64,000 nucleotides of DNA, taken from the NCBI GenBank assembly GCA_041393015.1, contig JAWKKV010000001.1:498625-562624 (forward strand). Reading direction: 5' to 3'. The stretch's first letter is position 1. Each line of letters opens with the position of its first letter. The notes under the pieces were generated by a model. That model ran no database searches. It was not told the DNA's origin and worked only from the letters and a program-made list of their open reading frames with translations. This DNA is from Chitinophagales bacterium (GTDB taxonomy: Bacteria; Bacteroidota; Bacteroidia; Chitinophagales; JADIYW01). Shown here in pieces: positions 1 through 9,506 of the stretch. A program made the position numbers and the translations under genes.

Positions 1-215
1 CACCAGCATCTAAAGTTTTGTTCTTAGCTAATGAAATAGATAAAACAGGATTTTCAATCGTCTCATCTAACTTCAATTCTTCTCCTTCGTCTAATTTGTA
101 TTCTACTCCATTGATGTTTAAGATCAATTTGGTCTTAGGTTCTTCCGTTTGTGCTTGTAGAAAATTTAGTTGTGTAAGTAGTAGTGTGAATGTAATTGTG
201 AGAATAAATTTCATA
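1..215 (-). CDS. secreted protein, N-terminal fragment (gene continues past the left edge)
   Basis: Not in the ORF track because it is open at the edge. Minus-strand ATG at 215-213 followed by MKFILTITFTLLLTQLNFLQAQTEEPK, a signal-peptide-like start; the frame stays open to position 1. Confidence 0.45.
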
Positions 216-291
216 GTTGCCAATTTAAAGTGAGACATTTTAAAGCTTTAAAAACCATATATCAAAAGAAACAATTATCGCGCCGAAATGA

Positions 292-915
292 TTATATGAT
301 AGGAAAGCCCCCTGAGCTCAATGCTACAAAACCTATCATCTGACCCATAAAACCAACTAATAATCCGAAGTAGAGTTCGTTTAAAGTGCTAGCTTCTTCA
401 TGAACGCGAGCAGTGCCCAATAAACCCGCAACAACAACAGCTACAACTAAAATATTGGAAACGCTTCCGTTACCCATTAAGGCGAATAGCACTAACAGCA
501 TAATGAAGCCTCCAATACCAACCATATAAAGGTTCAATCGGTAAAAAATATTGATGATAAAAGAAAGGATCACCGAAATAGTAGCACCTAAAATAAATAA
601 CTGAATAAAACCGGGTGCTTGAATTTGTTTAAGCGCCATAAAAGCCCAAACATAGCAAGTTATCACCGCAAAAAATGGGATAATTCTCTGCTCTTTATTC
701 TTCATACTCAAATTAGGAATGAATTGAAGACGCCACATAAGGAAAATACATAAGGCAGGAAAAAAGAAGGTATTGATTAATACAACAATACCCATTTTAG
801 GAATATCTATATTCCCAAAGGCATATTTATTAATGTTACTGAATAAAATAAACACCCATGTGGCCATTAACAAAGGGTGACAAACGGCAGAAATTGTTTT
901 TGAAAATGCTCTCAC
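292..915 (-). CDS. integral membrane protein, unknown function
   Basis: 207 aa with about 6 hydrophobic helices. GTG start shares 1 nt with the rpoN stop, suggesting coupling. No family recognised. Confidence 0.6.
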   Translation of the reverse strand: MRAFSKTISAVCHPLLMATWVFILFSNINKYAFGNIDIPKMGIVVLINTFFFPALCIFLMWRLQFIPNLSMKNKEQRIIPFFAVITCYVWAFMALKQIQAPGFIQLFILGATISVILSFIINIFYRLNLYMVGIGGFIMLLVLFALMGNGSVSNILVVAVVVAGLLGTARVHEEASTLNELYFGLLVGFMGQMIGFVALSSGGFPII

Positions 916-2375
916 TATAACTCTTTTCTTAGTCTTGCTACAGGAATGTTTAATTGCTCTCTATATTTAGCTACCGTTCTCCTAGCAATATTATAACCTT
1001 TGTCTTTCAGCATCTCTGTTAATTTCTGATCCGATAATGGTTTTGATTTATTTTCTGCGGCAATAATATCTTCCAATATTTTTTTCACTTCTCTAGTCGA
1101 CACTTCTTCACCGCTTTCGGTAGTGATAGATTCTGAGAAGAAGTATTTCAACTTAATGGTTCCAAACTCCGTTTGTACATATTTGCTGTTCGCTACTCTT
1201 GAAACGGTTGAAATATCTAAATTGGTAATTTCCGCAATATCCTTTAAAATCATTGGTCGCAACTTAGTTTCATCGCCGGTTAAAAAGAATTCCTCTTGAT
1301 AACCTACAATAGCTTGCATGGTAGATAGCAAAGTATGTTGCCGTTGAACAATAGCATCAATAAACCATTTGGCAGAATCTATTTTTTGCTTGATGAAAAC
1401 AATGGTATCTTTTTCTTTTTTGTCCTTTTTTGCGCCTCTGTTGTAAGCCGACATCATTTCTCTAAATGAATCGCTTATTCTCAGTTCTGGTGCATTTCTA
1501 GAATTCAACAAAATCTCTAAATCACCATTGTTGTTTTTTATGGTGAAATCAGGAATGATATATTGATTCTCAGATCTAGATTGCTGCATCGAGCCACCCG
1601 GCTTAGGATTTAATTTCAAAATCTCTCCTACGGCCTCTTTTAATTCTTCTTCCTCAATATCCAATTGCCGCATTAATTTCTCATAATGCTTCTTCGTAAA
1701 TGCCTCAAAATGATCTTTCAATATTTTATGAGCAATAACTGTCGCTTTACTTTCTACATCTACCCTTTTAATCTGGAGCAACAAGCATTCTTGCAAAGTT
1801 CTAGCTCCAACGCCAGCAGGTTCAAATTTCTGAACCACTTTTAGCATTTTTTCTAATTCCTCTTCAGTGGTACTAACATTTTGAGTAAATGCTAAATCAT
1901 CAATTATAGCTTCTAAATCTCTACGGATATAGCCATCATCATCAATACTTCCTACCAATTGTTCGGCTACTTTCCTTTCATGATCCGACAAACTCAGCAT
2001 ACCCAACTGATCGTTCAAATGATCGTGAAACGTACCGGAAACAGCCACAGGTATCGTTTTGTCGTCATCTTCTTTTTTATTGTAACCATCCGATTGGCTA
2101 TAGCTATAATCGTCTTCATTTAAATAGTCGGATATATCAATCTCTTCAGCTTTAATTTCTTCGTCATTGCCATCATCATCCGATTGCTCTTTAATATCTA
2201 CATCAGCATCTTTATTAAAATCATCATTGCCTTCTTCCAAAGCAGGATTCGCCTCCAACTCTTCTTTAATTCTCTGCTCTAAAACAGCTGTTGGAATTTG
2301 CAGCAACTTCATTAACTGAATTTGCTGTGGAGATAACTTTTGTGATAATTTCTGCGATAAATTCTGTCTTAGCAT
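915..2375 (-). CDS. rpoN: RNA polymerase sigma-54 factor
   Basis: N-terminal MLRQNLSQKLSQKLSPQQIQLMKLLQ region, acidic linker, and C-terminal RpoN box ARRTVAKYR. Confidence 0.95.
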   Translation of the reverse strand: MLRQNLSQKLSQKLSPQQIQLMKLLQIPTAVLEQRIKEELEANPALEEGNDDFNKDADVDIKEQSDDDGNDEEIKAEEIDISDYLNEDDYSYSQSDGYNKKEDDDKTIPVAVSGTFHDHLNDQLGMLSLSDHERKVAEQLVGSIDDDGYIRRDLEAIIDDLAFTQNVSTTEEELEKMLKVVQKFEPAGVGARTLQECLLLQIKRVDVESKATVIAHKILKDHFEAFTKKHYEKLMRQLDIEEEELKEAVGEILKLNPKPGGSMQQSRSENQYIIPDFTIKNNNGDLEILLNSRNAPELRISDSFREMMSAYNRGAKKDKKEKDTIVFIKQKIDSAKWFIDAIVQRQHTLLSTMQAIVGYQEEFFLTGDETKLRPMILKDIAEITNLDISTVSRVANSKYVQTEFGTIKLKYFFSESITTESGEEVSTREVKKILEDIIAAENKSKPLSDQKLTEMLKDKGYNIARRTVAKYREQLNIPVARLRKEL

Positions 2376-2551
2376 ATTAATTCTATCCTTAAGGTTCTCA
2401 AAAATAATATTTTAATCCTCTATTTGTTTGCCAATTTAAATCTCAATTGAGCATTTATAGTTAAGATATTCTTATAACAATTAAATTCCAAGCTATAAAG
2501 TAGTCAACATTTTTCTAAAATAGTAAATTCGTTAGTTCAATGTAACGCACT

Positions 2552-4081
2552 ATGCATACTTATATAAACCAAATACATGCCAAAGTTGGAGAAGTCGTAA
2601 CTTTAAAAGGTTGGGTCTCCAATAAACGAAGCAGTAAAACAGTAGTTTTTATTGTTTTAAGAGATGGCACCGGATACTGTCAATGCGTGATTGGAAGCGA
2701 TGCCGTTTCCGAAAATGAATTTAATGAAGCAGACAGTGCTACGTTGGAATCGGCTATTGAATTAACCGGAACCATTATTAAAGATGATCGTCAAGAAGGT
2801 GGCTACGAATTACAAGCTACTTCTTTTACCATTTTACACAAAGCTGAAGAATATCCAATCGCCAAAAGAAAAGGAGAATCGCATGGTGTAGATTTTTTAA
2901 TGGATAATAGACATCTTTGGATAAGAGATAAATCTCAATGGGCCATTCTTAAAGTTAGAAATAGCATTAAACACGCCATCAATAATTATTTTCAAGAGCG
3001 TGATTTCTTACAACTAGACTCACCAATTTTTACAGGAAACGCTGCAGAAGGATCTACCACTTTGTTTGAGACTGATTTTTACGGTCAGCCGGCATATTTA
3101 GCGCAAACCGGACAATTATATGGAGAAGCCGGAGCTATGGCTTTTGGGAAAATCTATACTTTTGGCCCAACTTTTAGAGCTGAAAAAAGTAAAACTAGAA
3201 GGCATTTATCTGAGTTTTGGATGATTGAGCCGGAAGTGGCCTTTGCGACCAACGAAACCAACATGGATCTTATCGAAGACTTCTTAAGAACCATTGTCAA
3301 CCAGTCTATTGAAAACTGTAAAGTAGAGCTGGAAATATTAAATAGAGATATTGATGCTTTGAAAAAAGTAAATCAAGAATTTCCGCGTATTTCTTATGAC
3401 GACGCTATCAAAATTCTAAAAGGGGAAAAAGAAGTAAATGGACAAACTTCTATTCAATTATTAGAAAAAGAAATTCAAGAAGTGGAAGCCTCTATTGCTG
3501 CTTGTGAAAAAGAAATTGAAGAAAGAGAAGCTGCCAATGCTCAACCGGGTGTAAAAAAGGGCGTTAGAAATTTCAATCAAAATAAAATTGACCGTGCAAA
3601 AGTTGAAATTAAAGATCTTACGGAACAATTGAACAACTTACCACAGTGGTTAAGTTCTGCCAAAAACTTCCAGCATGGAGAAGATTTGGGCGGATCTGAT
3701 GAAACGGTTTTAACCAAGCTTTTTGATGCGCCGGTGATGGTGTACAACTGGCCAAAGAAGATCAAAGCTTTTTATATGAAAGAAGTGGACGGTCAGCCTG
3801 ATTATGTTAAAGGTGTAGATGTTTTAGCACCGGAAGGTTATGGTGAAATTGTTGGTGGATCGGAAAGAGAAAGCAACAAAGAAATTTTAACGCAAAGCAT
3901 TAAAGATCATAACTTGCCTATGGAGGCATTTGAATGGTATATGGATTTAAGACGCTACGGTGCTGTGCCTCATGCCGGATTTGGTTTAGGCTTAGAAAGA
4001 TTAGTCAGTTGGGTAACCGGCGTTAAGCACGTAAGAGAAGTTATTCCATTTGCAAGAATGTATGGCAGATTATTTCCATGA
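2552..4081 (+). CDS. asnS: asparagine--tRNA ligase (class IIb) carrying an internal helical insertion
   Basis: OB-fold N-terminus. Class II motifs FGPTFRAEKSKTRRHLSEFWMIEPE and GFGLGLERLV. AsnRS-type KIKAFYMK and GEIVGGSERE. Confidence 0.95.
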   Translation: MHTYINQIHAKVGEVVTLKGWVSNKRSSKTVVFIVLRDGTGYCQCVIGSDAVSENEFNEADSATLESAIELTGTIIKDDRQEGGYELQATSFTILHKAEEYPIAKRKGESHGVDFLMDNRHLWIRDKSQWAILKVRNSIKHAINNYFQERDFLQLDSPIFTGNAAEGSTTLFETDFYGQPAYLAQTGQLYGEAGAMAFGKIYTFGPTFRAEKSKTRRHLSEFWMIEPEVAFATNETNMDLIEDFLRTIVNQSIENCKVELEILNRDIDALKKVNQEFPRISYDDAIKILKGEKEVNGQTSIQLLEKEIQEVEASIAACEKEIEEREAANAQPGVKKGVRNFNQNKIDRAKVEIKDLTEQLNNLPQWLSSAKNFQHGEDLGGSDETVLTKLFDAPVMVYNWPKKIKAFYMKEVDGQPDYVKGVDVLAPEGYGEIVGGSERESNKEILTQSIKDHNLPMEAFEWYMDLRRYGAVPHAGFGLGLERLVSWVTGVKHVREVIPFARMYGRLFP

Positions 4082-4135
4082 TAAAATTTAAAACCGCTAT
4101 TTTCAAACTTTCAATTCAATAAAAACACTGTTATT

Positions 4136-5086
4136 ATGCGTACGATACCATTAGTTGACCTACAACAATTCACTAAAGGAGATGCTTCCGAAAAATTAGC
4201 CTTTGTTAAAAAATTAGGAGAAGCATACGAAGATATAGGCTTTGTAGCAGTAGAAAATCATGGTATTCCAGAGGCTTTGATAGAAAATTTCTATAAAAAC
4301 ATCAAAGACTTCTTTGGAATGGATACCAAAACCAAGAAGAATTATGAGATTGTTGAATTAGCCGGACAAAGAGGCTATACTTCTTTTGGTAGAGAAAAAG
4401 CGAAGCAAAGTGAAGTAGCCGACTTGAAAGAGTTTTGGCAAATTGGTCAATATGTGGAAGGAGATGATCCGGTAAAGGATATTTATCCAGACAATATGGA
4501 AGTAGAAGAAATTCCGGAATTTAATACCGTTGGAAAGTTATTGTTTAAGAGTTTTGAAAATGCGGGCAGACATTTGTTAAGTGCGATTGCGCTTTACCTG
4601 GAGTTAGATGAAAACTATTTCAACGAGCATATTTACAATGGCAATAGTATTTTAAGAGCGATTCATTATCCTCCAATTACATCTGAACCTGCTTCTGCGA
4701 TTAGAGCGGAAGAACACGAGGATATCAACTTAATTACTTTATTGGTAGGTGCTTCAGCAGATGGTTTGCAATTATTGAATAGAAATAATGAATGGAAAGA
4801 CATCTCTGCAGGTCCTGGACAAATTGTAGTGAATGTAGGTGATATGTTGCAACGTTTAACCAATAATAAAATGCGTTCTACTACACACAGAGTAGTGAAT
4901 CCACCGAAAGAAAAATGGCATTTAGAGCGTTATTCTATCCCTTTCTTTTTACATCCAAGATCAGAAATGAGATTAGATTGTTTAGAAAATTGTGTGGATG
5001 ACGAACATCCTTTGGCTTACGAACCGATTTCTGCCGGTGAGTATTTAACAGAACGATTGATCGAGATCGGGTTGTTGAAGAAGTAG
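4136..5086 (+). CDS. 2-oxoglutarate/Fe(II)-dependent oxygenase (isopenicillin N synthase-like family)
   Basis: DIOX_N-like N-terminus (IPLVDL...GF). HxD...H facial triad context (EEHEDINLITLL, STTHRV) and an RYSIPFF tail. Confidence 0.85.
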   Translation: MRTIPLVDLQQFTKGDASEKLAFVKKLGEAYEDIGFVAVENHGIPEALIENFYKNIKDFFGMDTKTKKNYEIVELAGQRGYTSFGREKAKQSEVADLKEFWQIGQYVEGDDPVKDIYPDNMEVEEIPEFNTVGKLLFKSFENAGRHLLSAIALYLELDENYFNEHIYNGNSILRAIHYPPITSEPASAIRAEEHEDINLITLLVGASADGLQLLNRNNEWKDISAGPGQIVVNVGDMLQRLTNNKMRSTTHRVVNPPKEKWHLERYSIPFFLHPRSEMRLDCLENCVDDEHPLAYEPISAGEYLTERLIEIGLLKK

Positions 5087-5089
5087 TTG

Positions 5090-5153
5090 TTGATGTGCAA
5101 ATGAGTTGATTTGTAGATGTGAAGATTTACAGATGATTAGATAGTTTTACTAT
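5090..5153. repeat. degenerate 16-nt tandem repeat (about 4 units)
   Basis: Units are ttgatgtgcaaatgag / ttgatttgtagatgtg / aagatttacagatgat / tagatagttttactat, starting 4 nt after the oxygenase stop. Confidence 0.6.
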
Positions 5154-5195
5154 TTCAGTTTTAGAGTTGGGAAAATTAAGCATAACAATTTAGAG

Positions 5196-5438
5196 ATGAA
5201 CAACCAATATCAAGTTTTAATTGATGCTTTGGAATTTAAGTCGTTTGATAAATTAGAGATTAAAAGATTTGATGATTTTTCTTATTTTATCATATACGTT
5301 GGCGGTAATGGTCACGTTTTAGTTGATAAAAATGGTATCAGAAAAGAATACCGTCATGCTTGGCAAATAACACAATGGCTTAAGGAAAAATACAAAATAG
5401 GTTCTGGGCAGATTGAGTTTAGTAGTTTTAAACAATAG
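5196..5438 (+). CDS. hypothetical protein (80 aa)
   Basis: ORF only; no recognisable motif. ATG start, isolated between repeats. Confidence 0.4.
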   Translation: MNNQYQVLIDALEFKSFDKLEIKRFDDFSYFIIYVGGNGHVLVDKNGIRKEYRHAWQITQWLKEKYKIGSGQIEFSSFKQ

Positions 5439-5550
5439 CTACATACCATTGAGATTAAATGCCGTATTCAAAACCTCTGCCCTTGTTGGTGTTATCACCA
5501 ACAATAAATTCGGCTACAAGCCTTTAAATATAGCTCACTCGGCTGGAGTC

Positions 5551-5808
5551 TAGAAGTGTTAGGAAGACTTTTTTGACACGAATTTCACAAATTTTTATGA
5601 CTATTTAGGATAGTTAAATTGGTTGACTACTTATAAAGTAGAATTATTATAATCGTTAATTTTGGTGTTTATGTTGTTTTAAAAAAATTACATGGATTTT
5701 TGCCGCCAAAGCGGCAAGTTAATCTGTGTAATTGCATATACTAAAAAATTTAGTAGTTCAAATCATCAATGTTATCTGTGAGAATCTGCGAAATTAGTGT
5801 CTGTTTTT
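5551..5808. repeat. conserved non-coding element, copy A (partner at 31424-31677)
   Basis: Conserved blocks shared with copy B: ttttgacacgaattKcacaaattt, attacatggatttttRccRccaaagcggYaagtYaatctgtg, ttagYagttc.aatcat.aat..tatctg, gaaattagt.tc.gtttt. No ORF. Confidence 0.7.
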
Positions 5809-5846
5809 TTCTTTCTAACAGCAATGGGTAGTAGCCGAGCGAGAGC

Positions 5847-6800
5847 TTAATTAACAATCTTCTGCTTTAAATTCCTCAGCGTCCGTTGCTTGCTATCTTT
5901 CCAAATTTTAAAATACGGTGTGAGTTCTCCTCCAAATTGTCGATAGAAAGATTCTATTGATGGTATCATCGAGCCTTCAGAGTCGAAAGTTTTTAAGCCT
6001 TTTTGTTTTGCCCATTGAATGCCGTTAAAGATCAAAGCTTCGTTGGCCCCATTGTCTGCCGAGCTATCTACACCATTTAAGATTAGGTAAGCAGTTTTAT
6101 GGTCGTAAAACAACCCTAATGCGGCTTGTAATTTATTTTGATCATCATAAGCACCTATCAAATGAAAAGCATTTTGCTTTTTAAGCTCTACGATCAAAGT
6201 AACCAATCGATCTTTTGAAATAGGTAAATCTATACCTTGCCTTTTATAAGTAGCTTCGAAAATGACTAACGCTTCTTGGAAATCATTCAACAATTTAATA
6301 CTGAATGAATTCGCTTTTAAAATTTTATTTCGCAATCGACCATTTAACTGCGCTAATATTTCTTCATCTTTTAAATTCTCTAGCTGAATCAAATACGTAT
6401 ATCTAGTAGTTTGTTTAAATCCTACTCTTTCAAAAGGCATCCAATTGGTATAATTGGGATGAAAAGTATATTCAAAGCTGCCTAATTGATTTAATTTTTC
6501 AACTAATGCATTTTGTACTTCCCTTTGTCTGCTTTCAACGGTATAGCTGTTGCCTTCAAAAGGAGAAAAATAGATGCCTAAATATTTACACAAAACCGGA
6601 TTAATGTAATAGCCCCATCGATCTTTTGTTAAAACAATCCCACCTTTTATCTTTTCTTTTTTTAAGCAAATCAATATTTCAAATGAAACATTTAAAGCTT
6701 GCAGGTACCACGTTTTAGCAAAGAGGTTGCATTGAGGAGAAGTATCTACAAATGCATTCCAATCATCAAAAGCTGCTTCTTGTAAGGTGGTTACCGTCAT
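5847..6800 (-). CDS. FemAB-like / GNAT-fold acyltransferase (Acetyltransf_6-type)
   Basis: 317 aa. Overall layout resembles FemAB/BioF2-like acetyltransferases from polysaccharide loci (W..FV......F....W, C-terminal GxxxFDxxG-like region). Recognised by pattern only. Confidence 0.6.
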   Translation of the reverse strand: MTVTTLQEAAFDDWNAFVDTSPQCNLFAKTWYLQALNVSFEILICLKKEKIKGGIVLTKDRWGYYINPVLCKYLGIYFSPFEGNSYTVESRQREVQNALVEKLNQLGSFEYTFHPNYTNWMPFERVGFKQTTRYTYLIQLENLKDEEILAQLNGRLRNKILKANSFSIKLLNDFQEALVIFEATYKRQGIDLPISKDRLVTLIVELKKQNAFHLIGAYDDQNKLQAALGLFYDHKTAYLILNGVDSSADNGANEALIFNGIQWAKQKGLKTFDSEGSMIPSIESFYRQFGGELTPYFKIWKDSKQRTLRNLKQKIVN

Positions 6801-6919
6801 AAAAGGAGTAAATATTCTCTATTTTTCTTAATGAATGATGAATTTACTGCAATTTGTGGATTTCTACGACAACTCATATATTGTTTATTTTCCTACTTTT
6901 AACCCTCGAACATAATTAT

Positions 6920-8629
6920 ATGGCGAAATACAAAAAAAATAAGCCCTCAAAAAAAGTTGTTGTAAAAAACCCTAAGCGTTTATCGGAGCAAAATAGCACT
7001 CCATTCTTAGAGCGACTCAATCAGTTTCTTTCAAAAAGATCAATGTTTTTCTTGGGATTTAGTGTGCTGCTTTGTGTTGTTGTATCCTTACTGCTTTTTG
7101 ATTTAAAAGTATCCATTGGCGGCGACGATTCCTCTTACATCAGTAGGGCATATAACTTTATTCATAAAGGTCAATTTCCTACTTTTCAAGGACCTGTTTA
7201 TCCTATTCTAATAAGTATTCCCATCGCTATTTTTGGTATTAAGATTACACTGCTAAAATTACTATCGCTAGTCTTTATCATTATACACTTGATATTGTTT
7301 AATAAAGCATTAGAAAAGATAGTTCCCCCAATTATTAGAGTAATTACCATTTTCTTGATTGCCATCAATGGTTATATTGCTTTTTTTGCCAGCTCTACCT
7401 ACAATGAAGCATTCTTTCTCATGCTTCAAAGTATCTTTTTCCTTTATTTCATTAATAATTTTGTGGTTGCCGAAGATCACGATAAAGACAATATTCATAT
7501 AAGTCAGATTGTGCTATTGGGCTTTATCATGTTTATTATGGCCCAAACTCGATTTATTAGTATTGGTGCTGTATCAGCGGTATTGATCTTCTTTTTAGCT
7601 TATAAACAATGGAAAAAAGCGGGAGCAACTGTTGGAATATTTGCTGTTTTTTATTTGGGATTTTCTATGATTACCAAGTTTGTTATAAAAGCAAATGGCG
7701 CAGGAATGTCGAGTCAAATGGAAACGCTTTTGTTAAAACACCCTTACAAGCCAGAAGAAGGAACAGAAAACGTAATGGGTTTTTTAACTAGAATTGTAGA
7801 TAACTCAAATTTATATATCGGACGAACGTTTCTGGTAGAATCAGGATTTAGACCTATTTCAGGAGCTCAATTAAATGGTAGTTTAACTTTATTAGTGTAT
7901 GCCATTTTAATTGGTGGCTTTCTTTACGCAATTAGAAAAAAAGATAAAGGTGTAATATTCTCCTATTTGTATGCCGGTTCTTTATCCTTGCTCACCTTTG
8001 TAGTACTGCAAAAATATTGGGATCAAAACAGAATGATTATAATCATGTATCCTTTTTTATGGATGTTTGCCTTTTATCTGTTGTATCAAATTTTCGATTC
8101 TAAAAAACTACGTGGTTTTCAACCCATTTTTTTAATTGTTTCTGCACTTTTAATTTTACCGGGTGTTGGTAGAACCTTCACTAAAATTGGCGATAATTCT
8201 ACTACTTTAAGAAAGAATATAAGTGGTGATAAATTATATGGTTTCACTGATGATTGGGTGAATTATATTAAAACCGTTCAGTGGGCACACGACAATTTAA
8301 AGGATTACTATATTATTTGCCGTAAACCACAAATTGCTTTTATTTACACCGAAGGCACTCAGCATAAAGGCACGGGATTAAAGGAAACTGATCCCAAAAA
8401 AGCTTTAGAACATTTAAAAGAAAATGGCGTCACCCATATAGTTAGAGCCAGTTTAAGAAGAAATCCAAATGCAAACACTGGACAGGTGATTAATACGGTA
8501 CATAATTACATGGCTCGAATTGAACAGGCTTATCCCGGCACTTTTAAATTGGTACATACTGAAGGTAAATCAGAGCCTGCCTATCTATTTGAAATAAACT
8601 ATTATGGTATTGAACAGCCAAACAACTAA
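6920..8629 (+). CDS. GT-C fold membrane glycosyltransferase (ArnT/PMT-like)
   Basis: About 11 TM helices. Acidic first-loop motif SIGGDDSSYISRAY after TM1 and a soluble C-terminal domain. ATG at 6920 (MAKYKKNKPSKK) preferred over the track's TTG at 6854. Confidence 0.7.
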   Translation: MAKYKKNKPSKKVVVKNPKRLSEQNSTPFLERLNQFLSKRSMFFLGFSVLLCVVVSLLLFDLKVSIGGDDSSYISRAYNFIHKGQFPTFQGPVYPILISIPIAIFGIKITLLKLLSLVFIIIHLILFNKALEKIVPPIIRVITIFLIAINGYIAFFASSTYNEAFFLMLQSIFFLYFINNFVVAEDHDKDNIHISQIVLLGFIMFIMAQTRFISIGAVSAVLIFFLAYKQWKKAGATVGIFAVFYLGFSMITKFVIKANGAGMSSQMETLLLKHPYKPEEGTENVMGFLTRIVDNSNLYIGRTFLVESGFRPISGAQLNGSLTLLVYAILIGGFLYAIRKKDKGVIFSYLYAGSLSLLTFVVLQKYWDQNRMIIIMYPFLWMFAFYLLYQIFDSKKLRGFQPIFLIVSALLILPGVGRTFTKIGDNSTTLRKNISGDKLYGFTDDWVNYIKTVQWAHDNLKDYYIICRKPQIAFIYTEGTQHKGTGLKETDPKKALEHLKENGVTHIVRASLRRNPNANTGQVINTVHNYMARIEQAYPGTFKLVHTEGKSEPAYLFEINYYGIEQPNN

Positions 8630-8641
8630 GACGATATACGA

Positions 8642-9478
8642 ATGAATGTAGTATTACGAAATATGAAGATTACTGCCTTAAAAGTTAGCATTGCTAAAAT
8701 ACTTTATAAGGTGACAAAAATATTTTACAAAAAAGACGTCTATCCTAAAAAGATTGGCAATATCAATTTAGAACTACATTTAAATGAAGGTATTGATCTA
8801 CATCTTTTTCTGTTTAGCAATTTCCAAAAGCATGTTTTTGACAATGAAATTGTAAAAATTAAGAAAGATGCGGTAATATTTGATGTTGGAGCTAACGCAG
8901 GTTATCTTACCTTGTTTTTCGCAGACATTGCAGAGAGAGGACAAGTGCATGCCTTTGAGCCTACACATTATGCTATCAATAAATTGGTAAAAAATGCTTC
9001 TTTAAACCCTTCATTGAAAGAAAGAATCACAGTAAACCAATGTTTTGTTTCCGATAAAGATGATCAAAAAGATTTGGTAGCTTATAGCAGTTGGCCATTA
9101 ACCGGTAATGAAAGCACACATTCTATCCATAAGGGAGTTGCCAAATCAACAGAAGATGTAAAATCTATAACCTTAGACAGCTATTGCATTAAGCACAATA
9201 TTGATCGTTTAGATTTGATTAAAATTGATACTGATGGTCATGAGTTTGATGTGCTAAATGGTGCCAAGGAAACTATTGTGAAGTTTCAGCCACAAATAGT
9301 TTTTGAAGTTGGTGGCTATATTTTAGATGAGCAAAACACCCCTTTTGATGGGTTTATCGATTTCTTTAATAATTTGGGCTATAACATTTATACAATCAAA
9401 GGGAAAGTAATTGAAAAATCAAATTATAGAAATATCATTCCACAATACGGAACCATTGATGTAATTGCATCGAAATAA
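8642..9478 (+). CDS. FkbM-family methyltransferase
   Basis: VIFDVGANAGYLTLFFA SAM-binding motif and LIKIDTDGHEFDVLNGA, typical of the FkbM (Methyltransf_21) family. Confidence 0.8.
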   Translation: MNVVLRNMKITALKVSIAKILYKVTKIFYKKDVYPKKIGNINLELHLNEGIDLHLFLFSNFQKHVFDNEIVKIKKDAVIFDVGANAGYLTLFFADIAERGQVHAFEPTHYAINKLVKNASLNPSLKERITVNQCFVSDKDDQKDLVAYSSWPLTGNESTHSIHKGVAKSTEDVKSITLDSYCIKHNIDRLDLIKIDTDGHEFDVLNGAKETIVKFQPQIVFEVGGYILDEQNTPFDGFIDFFNNLGYNIYTIKGKVIEKSNYRNIIPQYGTIDVIASK

Positions 9479-9506
9479 ATTAATACTTAACCGATCCAAA
9501 TCTAAA

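Noticed and set aside
5534-5846. Terminal inverted repeats around repeat copy A (gctcactcggct at 5534-5545 versus agccgagcgagagc at 5833-5846), suggesting a MITE
   Set aside because: The match needs an indel. The right arm overlaps the end of the FemAB-like gene. Copy B has no equivalent arms.
6854-6919. N-terminal extensions from TTG/GTG starts in the ORF track (6854, 9465, 16452, 21423, 23281, 29118, 31358, 63868)
   Set aside because: Downstream ATG codons give N-termini matching the family norm (RHAKS close to the start for SixA, signal peptides, the MoaE length). The extensions overlap upstream genes or add atypical residues. Start choice remains uncertain.
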